Source of the DNA: Octopus vulgaris
Taxonomy: Eukaryota
Assembly: GCA_951406725.2 (NCBI GenBank)
Contig: OX597824.1
Coordinates: 50,530,001 to 50,594,000 of the forward strand
Direction: 5' to 3'
DNA length: 64,000 bases
In this document: positions 28,023-42,900 of the stretch, piece after piece
Layout of the letters: every line of letters begins with the position of its first letter
Numbering within the stretch: the stretch's first letter is position 1
Program-made: the position numbers and the translations under genes
The notes under the pieces: model-generated
Seen by the model: the letters and a program-made list of their open reading frames with translations, nothing else
Databases searched by the model: none
Told to the model about the DNA's origin: nothing

Positions 28023-28952
28023 TTTTTGATACTTATTTCACTTTCTCAGGTTCATTTTTTATCATTTGCGTTTTATTTACGGTTCTTCAGAATTTAAATC
28101 ACAGCATTTTTTTAGATTGCTTTTAATTAAGCGGGGAATAGTTTATTTGTTTTTGGTAATGCAAAATTTTTCACGCTCAAGTTTTCATATATTTCATGGA
28201 TCAGATTCAAAGTGGACATTTCTTAGTGAAGCCAAGGTTGGACGAGGTTTAAGTATTATTTCCTATTTGCCTCTCAATTATTAATTCAAAGTAAATTACT
28301 ACTATTCCCTTCAAACTTTTCTTTTGTGACCTGGTCATCAATGATTTCAAACTGGCCTATTTTTCATTACATTTCAGTCTGATTCAGCGCTGAGTTGCTG
28401 AATCAGAAATATTGTTATTGCAAACATACCATACCATAGATTTGATATCAGTTGCTTGACCTTAACCATTTAAGAATGTCCCTTAGTGGGTGCCAATATG
28501 TGCATCTCTGCTGGTGAGCAGAATTATAGGGGTAATATCATAGCCATATGTTGAGAGAGATTCATTGAGGGTTGAATAAATGCAAAGTTTGAAGGAAATA
28601 TTAACCATTTTTCATACTTTCTAGGGGAAAGCAAATGAGAGATAACAATTGCTATCCAAGGAAAAAAATCGTGTTACATAGTATTATGGATACATAATGA
28701 TGTTGACTTTGAACTTTGTACTCCGTTATTAAGTGAGCGTCTGGTGACCAGTCGCTGTATTACTGCAAGCGTTAACTATAGGTAAATTATATTAAGATAA
28801 TAGCAATAAAATTAAAGTAATAAGTTAATGTATTACTTACACAAGAATTGTTTAACATTTTCGATACTCGTTATTAATTTTCGTCGCTGTATTTCATTGA
28901 TGTCAATGACTATTTTTCAGAGTAGTGTAATAATAATGTCCTTTGTAATTCA

Positions 28953-29042
<90 letters not shown>

Positions 29043-29053
29043 GTTATTATTAT

Positions 29054-29323
29054 TGAGTGAGAGAGCAGTGCATAGCATTAAAGTGACACTGGGTTCAAAT
29101 ATACGAAGCCCAGTATACCCATCACGACAACCCGCTCAAAAGGTCCCTGAATAAGGGTTGTTTAAGGATGTTGAACGAAACAACTATTATATTTCCAAAG
29201 GTGAATTATCCAAACCCCAAAGAATTCCTCTCAATACATGGCTATGATGCTGCCCCACTATTTCTGCTCGTGCTAAGAGATGCACATATCGTCAGCCACA
29301 AAGGGACATGCTCAACAAGTTAT

Positions 29324-29325
<2 letters not shown>
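29054..29325. mobile_element. Short retroelement end wedged between two (TTA)n tracts
   Basis: A ~270-bp non-repetitive island bounded by (TTA)n at 28955-29053 and 29327-29370. Family not identified. Confidence 0.4.
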
Positions 29326-29370
<45 letters not shown>

Positions 29371-29373
<3 letters not shown>

Positions 29374-32300
29374 TAGTTTTATTTTTATAGCGTGCTTCCA
29401 CTTCACTACCGAGCACAGCTCTGTGTGCCTTAGGTATGTGCTGTGTTTTGTTGTGATGCTCTAATGGTTACTGTATTGAAAGTGTTTTGCGTAGGATGTG
29501 TGCAGTGCCCAGTAGTGCAATTTTCGGTATGTTATAAGTGTTTGTAAGTCCTGGTGTTTTTGTTATGTATTTGTCTGAATATTTTTTTTAGCATGCCTAA
29601 TGCACCTACTATGATAGGAATTGTTTCTGTTTTTAGATTCCACATTCGAGTTACCTCTATTTCCAGGTCTTTGTATTTTGAAAGTTTCTCCATTTCTTTT
29701 AGAGATACGTTGTCATCTGCTGGTATTGATACATCAATTAGAAAGCATTTTTTTCTTCATGATCTCTGACAACTATATCTGGCCTGTTGATCTTAATTTT
29801 TCTGTGTGTATTGGCATATCCCAGAGTATGGTTGCTTTCTCGTTTTCTGTGACCTTTTCTGGTGTGTGCCTATACCAACTTTTTTCTGTTGTTATTCCAT
29901 AGTGTTGGCATAGCTTCCAGTGTATGAAGGTCCCAACTCTGTCGTGTCTGTGAATATATTCCTTCTTAGCCAGGACTGGGCAGCCAGAGATAATATGATT
30001 TATTATTTCTTGTCCATCTCTACATATTCTGCAGTTACTTGTTATATTTCTTTTCATTATATGTTTTTGGTAATTTCTGGTGGGAAGGCCTTTGTCTTGT
30101 GCTGCAATTAAATATCCCTCTGTCTCTGCTTTGAGTCCTGAGCTTCTCAACCATTGCTGGGATTTTTCTTTGTCTATTTCTTTTGTATTTAGTTTAGTCT
30201 AGTATTTGCCATGAAGGAGCTTTTCTTGCCATCGTTTTATCATGGTCCTTGCTGTTCTAGTTTTAGTTTGGACTTCATTTGTTTTATAGCTTTTGCTGTT
30301 TCTTCATCTTCTTCTTAATATTTGTTAGGTGGTATAATTTCTTGTCTGTATTTGTCAGCTTCTTTAAATACTGAGAACAATTTTTTTTGTTTTGCTCGTG
30401 TTTTGCCGCTATTTGTATCAGTTTTCCTTCCTTCTGACGTAGATATTTTTGCAGTCCTATGGTGGTTATTTTATAATAGTTTTCCAGCTGTATAAGGCCT
30501 CTACCACCTTCTATACGTTGTAGGTATAGCCTTTCTATGTCAGATTTTGGGTGATGCATCCTAAATCCTGTCATTATTTTTCTTTTTTCCTATTTATTTT
30601 GGTTAGTTCATTTAGTGTCCAGTTCAGGATATTGTAGCTGTAACTTATAACTGGGACAGCTAAAGTGTTTATACCTATTATCTTGTTTTTAGCATTGATC
30701 TCTGTTTTTAGTATTGATCTAACTCGTCTATAATATTCTTTCTTTATTTTCTCTTTCATTCGTGTGTCTTGTGTCTTATCTAGTTCATTTTTTGCAAAGA
30801 GCTTTAAATCATCCATGTAAATGAGATGATTTATATTTTTATCAAGCATTTTATAATCGTACTGTGCATCATTGAGCAATTTTGAGAGAGGTATTAAGGC
30901 TAAACAAAAGAGGAGTGGTGATAGTGAGTCACCCTGGAAAAAAAATACTACATGAATTTTTTACATCACCAGCATTTAGAGATTCATTGTCACTGTTCAA
31001 AGTTAGTGTGGTTCTCCAAATGTTTCGCAGAGTAGGCGCTATTTTATACATTTCCATGCATTTCTTAATCCAGCTATGTGGTAGGCTATCAAAAGCATTT
31101 TTATAGTCTATCCAGGCTATTGACAAGTTTTTGTGTCGTTTGTGACAACCTTCTAAGATCATCTTTCTATTAAAAAAGTATAGGTATATTTCGTCAGGAC
31201 AAATATTAGCGTTTTATACATAGTTGTTAAGCAGGTTATGGGTCTATAGTTTTTTGGTTCATTTGTTTCTTCACTTTTTGGGAGCAAGAATGTTAAATCA
31301 TTAACTAGCCAAGCAGGTATCCTACTAGGGTGTTGCAAAACATCATTGTAAAGTTCTGTTAGCAGTTCATGGCTCTCTGGGAAGGCATTTAACCAGAAGT
31401 TAGGTATTTTATCCTTTTCTGGAGACTTCCATTTGCTTGACCTCCTGAGAGCAGATCTTATATCTTCTACCTTGACACCCACCCACTTTTGCTCCTCTAA
31501 GGAGTCCAAGTCTGTAGATATTCTATCAATCCAAGGAGCCTTTTCGTTGTGTGTTTTTTCTTCTGCCCAAATTTTATTCCAAAATCCCTGCGCTTCTTCT
31601 TTTGATGGTACAGATTTTACAGTAACTGGTATTTTCCCTATCTTTCTGTAAAAAATTTTAGGGCTATTTTTTAACTTGTTGTCCTTGAATAATCTAACAC
31701 GCTTTGCATACCTCGCTATGCGGGCAGCTTTAGCACATACCTTTTACTTGATGGTTTCTATGGTGGCATCAATGTCAAGTATGGTTTTCATATTATATTT
31801 TTTCTTTAATTTTCGGGTTTTTTTAGGTTTGGTAGTCTTGTCAAACTTAAGGTTTTTCAAACTTTCTATGTCAGACCTAAGTAGCTTAATTTGGTGTTGG
31901 ATACGCTCTTGCCAAGAAGGCTTTCTGTGGGAATGTTGCCGTTTTCTAATCTTTTCACTATATAGAACCGTTGAGATTTTCGCAGATGCATAGTACAGGT
32001 GCTTGAGGTCTGTGATATCAATATCATTAGCTGAGATTATATCCTTAGGTGCAAGGCGGATTTTACCAATTATTTTCAGGTTTTGGTTAGAATTGCGGAT
32101 TTTTGGGAGAGTATCGCGTTCATCCATACTGATTTCTTTAATTTTGAGCCATTCAATCATGATTTGATTTTTTAGCTCATGTAGTTCTGTTGGGTCTATA
32201 TTTGTGCGACTTTCTTCATCTATTTGATTTTCATTAGTGTTTATGATTGGTTCAGGGAGTATTTCACTCAATTACATTAACTCTTTCAATCATTACTGCG

Positions 32301-32900
32301 TTTTTATCAGCCCTGGGCTGGTCTATTATTATTTCCTCTATATTATCTTCTTTAGCTGCAGCTTCGTTCTTTTTATCCTTTACTACTTGTTTAATTTGGT
32401 CAATCTCTACTTCATTCAGTAATTTTCTTTCATGATGTTTCTTCTGACGTTGGCAAGTTTGTTACTGTCTATGTAGGGTCTTACTTCAGAGTGTTTCTGT
32501 CTCCAGTTTAAGTAGGTTTGTACAGTATTAGAGTTATCTGTGGGGAAATATATGGCATGGTAGAAGGCCGTAAGAACTTCTTTGTTATCTTCCCTAGACC
32601 ATTTTTCATTCTTTTTCTTTTGGTTATTTGATGACGGGCATGGATGGCCATCTGTTAGAATATTCCTGTTGTGGGGTACATCCAGCTCCTGTGTGTCGGG
32701 AGGATTTGAACGAGTAGTTGATTTTTCAACACGAATCTGGTTCAACATTCGAGTATGTGGTCTTTTGTAATCCGACCGATGACTATTGCGGTTTGTAATG
32801 TGTTTTGTTAACAGTGAGGCATGACGAGCTTCGACGCTTACATTAGGAGACGGATCTGTCAGTTTAGAGTTAATTTTTTGCGACAACACCGTCTCCGTGT
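29371..32900 (-). mobile_element. Near-full-length R4/Dong-clade non-LTR retrotransposon (RT plus restriction-like endonuclease), frameshifted
   Basis: NYRPITCLTTMYK; NLSIAWIDYKNAFDSLPHSW; HLIYMDDLKLFAKN; RLYLQRIEGGRGL; zinc knuckle CRIC..INHIISGC..RHD; C-terminus KIALLGTAHILRK with stop at 29468-29470. The 3' end abuts (TAA)n, the known Dong target. Confidence 0.92.
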
Positions 32901-33777
32901 TCTCTGCATGTAAACATCACTCGTAGTGTAGCTTCTTAAGGCTAGCAGATCTGTATTCGTCTGTATTATTTTTGTTGATAGATTTATCTCCGAACATAGT
33001 TTTTTAGTGGTGTTTTTAAACTTATGAATGGTTCACTCTGTGTTAGTTCGAAAAAAATAAAATAAAATGAGAAGAAGGAAAAAGTCTTGATTTTGTTTTT
33101 GCTTCGTTTGTGGCACGTGCTTTCATGTGCGTGAGTGTGTGTCCTGTAAATTTCACGTAGTTGTGTAGACATTGGGATGTATGTGTAATCCTATGGTTAT
33201 CAAAATGTATATATGATTGTGTAGACATTCGAGTGTATGCGTAATTACTCAATTACTCCTGTTTTTGTTACCATTTTTAACCTTCCGCGAGAAAAATTTT
33301 TTTATTTAATTTGCCTTTTGCGGGAAGGAATGTTTTATTGAAGTCGTGTCTCGCCTTGACCTTCGAAACGCGGGGTAGATGAAACAGAGGCGACTGAAGA
33401 AGGGGAATTTTCTTTGTATTGTATGTCCTGTACTCTATTTTTTCGTTGTTTAAGAAAAGTGTCCATTTCCTTGGTTTTGTGTTTATGTTTTCGTTTCCCA
33501 TGGCGTTCGACGTTTTTTTTGGTGTCCTGTACCCATATATGCATGTATATATACATGTAGAGGTAGGTAGTACATATATGTATGTATATATGTATATGCT
33601 TTATTTATTAATTTATCATATATATATATGTATACATGCGCGCGCGCGCACACACACACACACACACAGACACACACACACATATATATATATATATAGC
33701 TTATCAATCAACTAGCTAAGAGTAAAACAAACTTGATATAAATTTCATTACTACTGCTACTGCTGCTGCTGCTGCTG

Positions 33778-33823
<46 letters not shown>

Positions 33824-33926
33824 CACCATCACTGCCGCCACCGCCACGACGACGACGACCACCACCACCACCACCACTGCAAACAATACCGAGATAATTT
33901 TTTACCTGATCAGGTTAGAAATCATG

Positions 33927-35470
33927 TAAGATGAGTACCGAAAAGAAACCGGAATTTTGCAATATTATTTTATTCACATTGTTTTAAATGTTTACACTTT
34001 TATCGCCTTCAAAGTATTCTCCATTTGAAGCAATGCATCGATCCAGGCGCGTTTTCCGCAATTCGAAGTAGTGCTGGAACTCTTGCGAAATGAAGCCTTT
34101 CAACGCCGCCGTCGTTTTCTCCTTCACCTCTTCCACAAACTGCTAATTCCGCATCACCAGTGATGACCTTCGTAAAAAAAGATCCGGTTCAACTTGTAAC
34201 TGTGCTTTAAATCCACGACTGCTTTTGATATTCCCTGAGCAAATGAGGCACAACTTTTGCTGCAACCCTTTTCATTCGCAATTCCTCGCTGAAAATTCGT
34301 TGGCAGGAAACAATGTAAACACCAGTCATATCAATAAGTTCGTCAATTGTTCGGTGATGGTCCTGTAGTGATCCTACAACGGCGCGCGCTCGCGCACTGT
34401 CCATTTGTATTTCGCGCGTGTTGGTGCCTTTACCAAGGCACAGAAAGGAAGGCCCCTCTCGCGCATGCGCGAACCACCGGAAGCACGACCCGCTTGCCTA
34501 TCGTGGTAGTTAGCGAGGCAAGGGGGTCGTAGAACGTTTGACCACTAGCAGCAGCAAGCGGGGACTTGGGACCCAGCGATTGAAGGCGACGTCACGCGAT
34601 ATATTTTCTCTCCGTTCGAACTAGCTTCTAGCAGTCCTTACCAAAAAGGGCTTTAACCAAATTGTTGCAGACCAACATCGTCTCCATTGTTCGACGCCAT
34701 CTTGAATCCGTTTCTGTTTTTGCGGCTGAATATTGTAAATATTACAATCTATTAACTTTCAGCCTTGCGCGCCCAGAACCAAGGACATAAGATAACACAC
34801 TTATTGTTATTGTTTACCAAGAAAGAGAATAAAGTAGTTATATGTATATTTTACGTCTGCGTCTTGTTGTTTCTGACTGGTAGAATTCTGGATTATTAAC
34901 GAACGAGTGAGTGATTGCTTTGTGCACCCCAAAAGTGCACGAAGATATTCACACTCACATTAAGTTCGTTATAGTCCTCCAAGATCAGTTCATGAATTTT
35001 CTGGTGCTCCAGCATGACCGCAGCTTTGAAGCTGAAACGATTTAAAGGTTAACGATTTTCATTCGTTCTGGAGGTTGACGGTCCTCCTGAACGAGGTTGG
35101 TCTTCAAGCGACAAGTGACCATTTCTAATACGTGGAAACCATTCGGTAAAGTTGTGTTTTGCTCATGACAGCGTCTTTATAAGATGTTTGAAGCATGACA
35201 AATGTTTCTGTCACGGTTTTCCCCAGTACAGAACAGAAGTTCTCGGAAGCATACCGTTTCTTTGTTTCAGCCATCGCAGAAATCGACGAACAAGAGAGAA
35301 ACATTGCAAAACAAAGACACACACGTGGCGGTGTTACCCCAGGAGGAAACGCCGGTTGGCAGACTGATTTCTGAGGGTCGGATCAGGTGGCTTCTAGCGG
35401 CAGAAGCCTGAACTACAACGGGTTTGTCCCACAAAGAACGTTTTCGGTTAATTTTGGGTACCCCCTCGTA
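33927..35470 (-). mobile_element. Internally deleted mariner (Tc1/mariner) transposon
   Basis: TIR TACGAGGGGGTACCCAAAA at 35470, with a degenerate mate at 33927. Transposase remnants FCSVLGKTVTETFVMLQTSYKDAVMSKTQLY and CQRIFSEELRMKRVAAKVVPHLL. Homologous to 58265-59130. Confidence 0.85.
34364..34973 (+). mobile_element. Solo LTR (610 bp) nested in mariner
   Basis: Absent from the sister mariner copy. TG...TA (decayed CA) ends, 4-bp TSD GTCC (34360-34363 / 34974-34977), GC-rich 5' part, AATAAA at ~34828. Confidence 0.7.
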
Positions 35471-35745
35471 TTAATGTCTTAAAAGTGGATATCAGCTAAA
35501 TGTTGGGGCATACAATGCCTATAAAAAAATGGGTTGGTCACCATTGGAATGCCTCTGTCCATAGTTTTCTTTTTATCTAATCCGACCTGGAACTAACCCA
35601 CGACAACAATAGCAACAGGGAGGGCTAGACCGGCAGCTAAACAACATCACTGGTGAGTGCAGAAGCGACATGAACTACTTATAAAACAGCAATTACAACT
35701 ACAGCAACAACAAGGAATTAGAAACAACAATAGCAACAACAATAT

Positions 35746-35860
35746 GAAGAAGAAGAAGAAGAAGAAGAAGAAGAAGAAGAAGAAGAAGAAGAAGAAGAAG
35801 AAGAAGAAGAAGAAGAAGAAGAAGAAGAAGAAGAAGAAGAAGAAGAAGAAGAAGAAGAAG
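35746..35860. repeat. (GAA)n, about 38 pure copies
   Basis: Read directly from the sequence. Confidence 0.95.
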
Positions 35861-38259
35861 ATGAGTGACGAGTGCAGTGACATAAAGACGACAGCAATAA
35901 ACACGAATGATGACAATTGACCAATATAATTAGCGACAATGGCTATAAAAAATAACAACCTGGTAGAAAAATAATATCAATTAGGAAGGAGTCAAAGTTG
36001 AAAAGTGTGTATGTGCGTGTGTGTGCGCGTGAGAGAGAGAGACAGAGAGAGGAAAGAGGGGAAGGGGAGGATGGATGAAAACGGGAGGAAGGGAGAAAGA
36101 GGGAAGGAGGTAGAATATATATATAAATGTCCTATTGTAGTGTGTATGTGATTGTTTCACTGTGCTGTGTATGTGTGTGTGCGAATGTATGTGTGGGGGA
36201 GAGAGAGTGAGATAAAGGGAGAAAGGGAGGGAAAGAGAGATAGAGAGCGCGAAAGAGAGAGAGAGAAGGAAGTGGAATGTGTGAAATGTTCTTTTGTCAC
36301 ATCCATGTGAGAGTGAGCGTTTCACGGTTTGTATGAGTGTGTCTGCGTATGTGTGTGTGCGTGTATATGCGTGAATGAAGGAGGTGCGTAAGTGTGTTAA
36401 GTTACTGGCCTTCTTTTACTGTCTGTTTACGAGACAGTATGTTGTATACGTTTGTGTTTATGTGTGTGTGTGATCAATCATGTGTGTAAATGTACGAGTG
36501 AGTTGATTGGCTTTTGTGATATATATGTGTGTGGGTGAGGGGGAGAGGGAAAGAGAGGGAGAGAGTGAGTGACATGTTCGACAGAAAGAGAGAACTGAGA
36601 GAAAAATGTTAGAGAAGAAAGACAAAGATGTTGAGTATAAAGAGAGAGAAAGAGAGAGTGGGGAAAGGAGGGGCAAGTATTTTGCGTCTCAGTGTCTATG
36701 TGTTCAGTTGCATGAGTGTGTTTGCGTGTCACTGTGTGTGTGTAGGTGGGTGCGTACGTGCATGTCTTTCTGTCTGTACGTGTCTGTGTTTGCATCTGTA
36801 AATTTATGATTCTTTCCTTGTATATGTGAGGGAACTTATAGCAATATGATTGTTTCTACGCGTTTGGATATCTATGTATTTACATTAGCGCGTGTATGTA
36901 TGCGTATATTTCTCTGCGTATATGAATATGCATATTTCTGCGCCCGTATGTCAGTGTATATAGATATATGTATCTGCATACCTACATGCATGTTTTTGTG
37001 TGTGTATGTATGTGTATATGCCTTTGTGTGTATGTGCAAATATGTAATTTTGTACATATGTCTCCGAGCCCGAATGTAAGTCTATATTTTCGTATGAGTA
37101 TCTATTAGCATATTTCTATGCATGTATATATTTCTCTCCGTGTATATATGGGCATCGTTCTGTGCTTGTATATGTGTGTGTGTTTGTGTGTGTGTAAGTT
37201 TATCTTTCTGTGCATGTATATGTATGTATATATCTCAGAATGTATATGTATACTTTGTGTGTGTAAGTACATATTTTTATGTGTATGTATGTACATATTT
37301 CTGAGTCATTATGTATGCGTGTATTTCTGTATTTGAAAGGCTATCTGGTTGTGTGTGTTTCTGTGCGTGTATATATTTGTATGTGCCTGTTGAGGAGGCG
37401 AGAGTTAAGGTTACAAGGAAGAAAAACAAAAGCAAAACGCAACTTACAACACGAAAACAACAAACAATAAAAACAGGCAGTAGTAATAACAACAATACCA
37501 ATAACAAGAATAGTGATAACAATCCCAACAGTCATAGTAATAGCAACAATAGCAATAACAACAAGAGTCATATCAATAATAATAAAAATAACAGCAACAA
37601 TAGTAGTAACAACAACAAAAATATTAATAATGATAATAATGATTACAACAGTTAATATTAATAACAGCATTATCAACAAAAACAAGATGAATAGTAATAA
37701 CAACGATAATGACGATTACAACAGCTAATACTAATAACAGTAATAGCAATAAGCACAACAGTAATAGTAATATAAAAAAATTTATAACATTAAACAACTG
37801 CGATAGAAATAACAGCGGTAACAATAGTAATGAAAACGGTAATAACTATAATGACATCAATAGTAATAGCAACAGCAACAATAATAAGAATAACAGCAGA
37901 AATTGCTATAACAACAATATCAATAATAACAAGAATAATAACAATAAAAACAGCAATAGTAATAACAATGACACAATAGTAATAACAACAATAATAACGA
38001 TAAGAACAGCGGTAGTGATAACAGCAATAGCAATAACAACTTCGTCACCAGTAGTAATAACAGCAAGATTTGTAGCAATAAAAAATAATCAACATGAAAG
38101 CGTAAAAGCAACAAAACAGTTCCTAACGCAAAAAGATACGGTTAAAGATAAAGTGGGAGGGGTAGCAATTATCACAAATGCAAACAAGTAAAGTAAGAAG
38201 TACTAAAATAAAGCACAACAGAAACAAAAAAACAATGATTATGATGATAATGATGACAA

Positions 38260-38699
38260 ATATTGGCACGAAACCAGAAGATTTACGGGATGGGAGGTGT
38301 CGATTACATGGAACCGAGCGCTGAACCGTTACTTTATTTCATCGATCCCGAAGCATGAAAGGCAAAAGTTCATCTTGGCGAATTTTTAACACAAAATCTA
38401 AAAAAGGACGAAATACCGCTCAGCATTTTGTCCGCAGTGCTAACGATTCTGACAGCTCGGTACTCTAATAATAATAAGAAGAATAAGAATAACAATCCTT
38501 TCTACTATAGGCACAAGGCTTGAAATTGGGGAGGGGTGGCTAGTTGATAGCAGCGACCCCCGTACTCAACTGATACTTATTTCATCGATCCCGAAAGGCA
38601 AAGTCGACCTCAGCGAAATATGAACTCAGAACGTAAAGACGGACGAAATGCCACTAATCATTTTGCCCGTGTGTTAAAGATTCTGTTAGCTCGCTGCCT

Positions 38700-38750
<51 letters not shown>

Positions 38751-38753
38751 AAC

Positions 38754-38810
<57 letters not shown>

Positions 38811-39575
38811 TGATGATGATAATAATAATAATGGTTTCAAATTTTGGCACAAGGCCAGTAATTTTGGGGGACTCCGGTACTCAACTTACAGCCTTAATGA
38901 TGTTTGATAATGATGATCAGCCACAAAGAGTAATGAGTGAATATCATTGCTCAAGAGAATGTTTACAAAAAAAGAAACTCAGAAGAAACAAAACAAACTA
39001 ATGATGATTTCTGACAAACGGAGGAGGCCAACAATTTTAGGACAGGAACGTGGTCTATTACATCAACACCAGTGCTTCACTGGTCGTTATTGAACCAATC
39101 CACAATGATGAAATTAAAATTTACTGCAACCGGATTTGAACACAAATCATGAACGGACGTTACGAAATAGTATAATTTGTTTTGGTCGTTGTTCTACCGA
39201 TTCTATCACAGTGTCTGTTTCAGCAGTTATTTTCCTTTATTGAAAGTTCTGCTCGTTTTTGATATTGATGCTCCGACAGACACCTAGTTCTGTATGAGAT
39301 TAGAGAAATATCACCATTATCCGGGTTCCGGTTCCTAGGGGTCTTGTTTACCACCACAAGGAAGTCATTGATAGGAGGCAAGTTTTGGACAACCGTAAGC
39401 AACGCATCGGACGATCTAATAGTCCTGTGAACCGGTTTTTTTCGATGGGTATCTTATTTATCGACCTCGAAAGCATGAAAGGCAGAATTGGCTACGGTAA
39501 GGTTTGAACTTAGAAAGCCATAATATGTACTATTAATCATTCTATTCGGCGTTCTAACGAAGTCACCAATTCACC
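38260..39575 (-). mobile_element. Cluster of at least four Nin-like SINE copies interleaved with (TAA)/(CTA) tracts
   Basis: Repeated ggcacaagg..., ttcatcgatcccgaa(a)g..gaaaggcaaagtcgacc, aacgattctg..agctcgc at ~38260, 38495, 39015 and 39330. Confidence 0.65.
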
Positions 39576-40588
39576 GCCCTACTGATTCTGTCACAATATG
39601 TTAATAGATTTAATGAAAAGAAAGCACAAACGACGAAAGTACAATGAAAATTAAGCAGCAATAAGATAAATAAAAATAAAATAAAAAATGACAGCTATTT
39701 TCCGCCGCCATCACTGTTGCCACCATTCACATGGTGATACACAGCGTGTAACAATTATAAAAACATGGCGGAACTATGTCAAACGTCTGGTTCTTTATTG
39801 TCCATCATTGTCTAAACTCTTCAAAGCTTTAAAGTGCTGCCTGCACACCAGACGCGTGCGTTGCATGTAACATACATGTGTGCTGCATGTAACATATGTG
39901 TGGCGTTTTGGCATGATGTGTATGCGTGTTATGTGTTTAGTTGAATGTTTGAGAGCGTATGTGTGCGCATTTGGTTTATGTTTGTGTGTGGGCGTGTGTC
40001 CTGTGCATGCGTGTAAGTGTGTGTGTTGTGTGTATGTGTGTGCGTGTTGTTTCTGTATGTATGTATCGTCTTTGTTTCTGTTGTGTGTAAAACGTGGTGT
40101 ACGTGTGCTCTCGCCTATGTATGTGAATGTGCGTGCATATTTCGAGTCCTTTGTATGTTTTCGGGAGTGTGAAAGGAGAGCTGTACCTGCGCATTCTTTT
40201 TGGTGTACGTGTTTATGCGCATGTTAGGTGGGTTTTAAGAGGAGAGCAGAAGCATACGTGCATGCGTGTGGATGTGTGGATGTGTGTGCATGTGCGTGTG
40301 AATAGTTAATTGTACGTGTACGTGTCTCAGGATATCTGAATATCAATTTTTGATGATTTTGTATGAATGTATGAGCGTATATCATGTTGACTCTTGTGTA
40401 TTTATGCGTGTTTGCATATATGTTCTGTATGTGTCTTGTGAGTATGTATGTTGATTGTGTGTTTATGTGCAAAAGGAAAAAAAATACGTATGCGCTCGTT
40501 TTCATGTATACGGCAAAGGATTGCATATATGTGTATGTTTAGTGGGAGCGTGTGCATAACATGTCAGTGCTGTGTGTCTCTATAAATG

Positions 40589-40638
<50 letters not shown>

Positions 40639-41204
40639 CGCGTGCATTTACCTTTTAGTGTGTATGCGTACGTACAGAATATCTTTGTTGTGTGTGAATC
40701 GAGCACCAGCGTAGTTCAGTATGCGATATTGTTTCTTTATGTATAGATGTATTTTTGGTATGTATATTGAGCGGTCATTTTGCTTTACAGTGCTTCTTCA
40801 TATGCAAGCAAGTGCATATTTGTGCATGTATTGTATAAACGAGTGTATATGCAAGCACTATGTATCTATGAGTGTATAGATTGTCAGTATGTGTTTCAAT
40901 GCGCCTCTAGGGTTATAGATATATAAATGTATTGTATATAAAACATCAAAAAAGATGAAAATAAAGATGCATAATGGGTAAGCTTGGAAATGAGGTGAAA
41001 GGTGAGAACAGTAGTATTGGAGGTAGAAAAAAGTGGTGGCGCTGAGGTCATAGTGGTGATACTAAAGGGTCTGGGGTGAAAAGAGAGTATACTTTGCGGG
41101 GTTAATAAAAAAACATGAAGAAAAGGATCCAGAAATAAACAAAATGGCTACGAATGGTGGAGAAAACGGAAGTGACAAGAAAGAGCTTTTCTGAGCTGTT
41201 GCAG

Positions 41205-41286
<82 letters not shown>

Positions 41287-41287
41287 G

Positions 41288-41348
<61 letters not shown>

Positions 41349-41517
41349 GTAGTAGTAGTATCTTTATTACTGATGATGTCTTTATTGTTAATGTTCTTGT
41401 TATTGGTAATGATGATGCTACAGCCATGATATCATTGTTGATCTTTTTATCTTTACTGATGTGTGTTATTATGGCTGCTCGTAATATTATTATTATTATT
41501 ATTATTACTGTTGTTGT

Positions 41518-41548
<31 letters not shown>

Positions 41549-41556
41549 TTGTTATT

Positions 41557-41773
41557 GAAGGCGGTGAGCTGGCAGAATCGTTGGCACGCCGGGCGAAATG
41601 CTTCTCTGTATTTCGTCTGCCGCTACGTTCTAAGTTCGAATTCCGCCGAGGTCGACTTTGCCTTTCATTCTTTCGAGGTCGATGAAATAAGTACTAGTTA
41701 CGCATTGGAGTCGATATAATCGACTAGTCCCCTTCCCCTCAAAATTTTTAAGGCCGTGTGCCTAGAGTAGAAA
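41557..41773 (+). mobile_element. tRNA-derived SINE with Nin-like domain (best copy)
   Basis: GGCGGTGAGCTGGCAGAATCG (A box), GTTCGAATTCC (B box), GCCTTTCATTCTTTCGAGGTCGATGAAATAAGTAC, then a (TAA) tail. Confidence 0.75.
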
Positions 41774-42424
41774 TAATAATGATAATTATTATCATCATAG
41801 TTGTTGTCATTATTATTATTGTTACTATTGTAGCTATTGTACCTTCCCTTTCAACTCCTCCTCCCCCTCTTCCTCCTTCTCCTCCTACCCTTCTCCTCCT
41901 CCTCCTTGTTATTATCATAATCATTATCAACAACATCAAGATATTATTATTGCAATATTGTGGCTTCTCTGCTGCCCTTGAGGCAAACATAAGAATTCAT
42001 TAATATCATTAAAGAAACCATTACTAGCATTATCATCATCATCATCATCATCATCATCATTATCATCATCATCACCATCATCATCATATTACTGTTGCTT
42101 TGTTTCAGTTTTTGTTGCTTTTGCTTATTTCATGAAACAGAGGTTGTTTTGTTTTCCTTTCTTTTTCCTTTTGTCTTTCTTGTTATTCTTGCTTCCCATG
42201 TGTTTTGTTGCTGGCGTGAAAAATCGAACATTTATCAGTCACCGATGAATAACATATATATATATAAAAAAAAAGAAGAAATAAAACACAGTTGCTGTTT
42301 GTGGCAGTAGGTGATGTCGGAGGTTGATGGTGATTGCTAAATGGCTGGATGAGGTGGGAGTGAACAAGTCAGCAACCATTACATCTGAACCACACAATTT
42401 TGTGACGTGATAATTTTTTTTAAT

Positions 42425-42584
42425 CATGCTTGCTTCCCAACCGCATGATTTCGGGTTCGGTTGCATTGCATGGCGCCTTGGGCAAGTGTCTTCTAATATA
42501 TCCTCAGGTCAAACAAATCCTTGTGAGTGGATTTGATAGACGGAAACTGAAAGAAACCCGTTGGAAACTGAAAGAAACCCGTTG

Positions 42585-42619
<35 letters not shown>

Positions 42620-42900
42620 GCATATACACGTGCATGTGTGTGTGCATGTATGGTGCGTGCGTATGTGTGTGTGTGTGTGCTTGTGTCTTTTTGTGTCTGT
42701 GTTTGTACCACTGACCGCTTGACAACCGGTGTTGGTGTGTTTATATCCCCATAATTTAGTGGGTCAGCAAAGGAGACCGATAGAGTAAGCAGCAGGTTTA
42801 AAAGAATAAATAAGCTCTGGTATCGATTCGTTCGTCTAAAATTTCTTCAGGGTGGTGCTCCAGCATGACCGCAGTCTAATGTCTGAAACAAGTAAGGAAA
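42425..42900 (+). mobile_element. Octopus-type SINE with internal 21-bp duplication
   Basis: GGAAACTGAAAGAAACCCGTT occurs twice at 42542-42583; standard head and tail motifs. Confidence 0.7.

Noticed and set aside
41557-41650. tRNA gene
   Set aside because: A/B boxes are present but there is no cloverleaf, and the sequence runs into a multi-copy SINE body.
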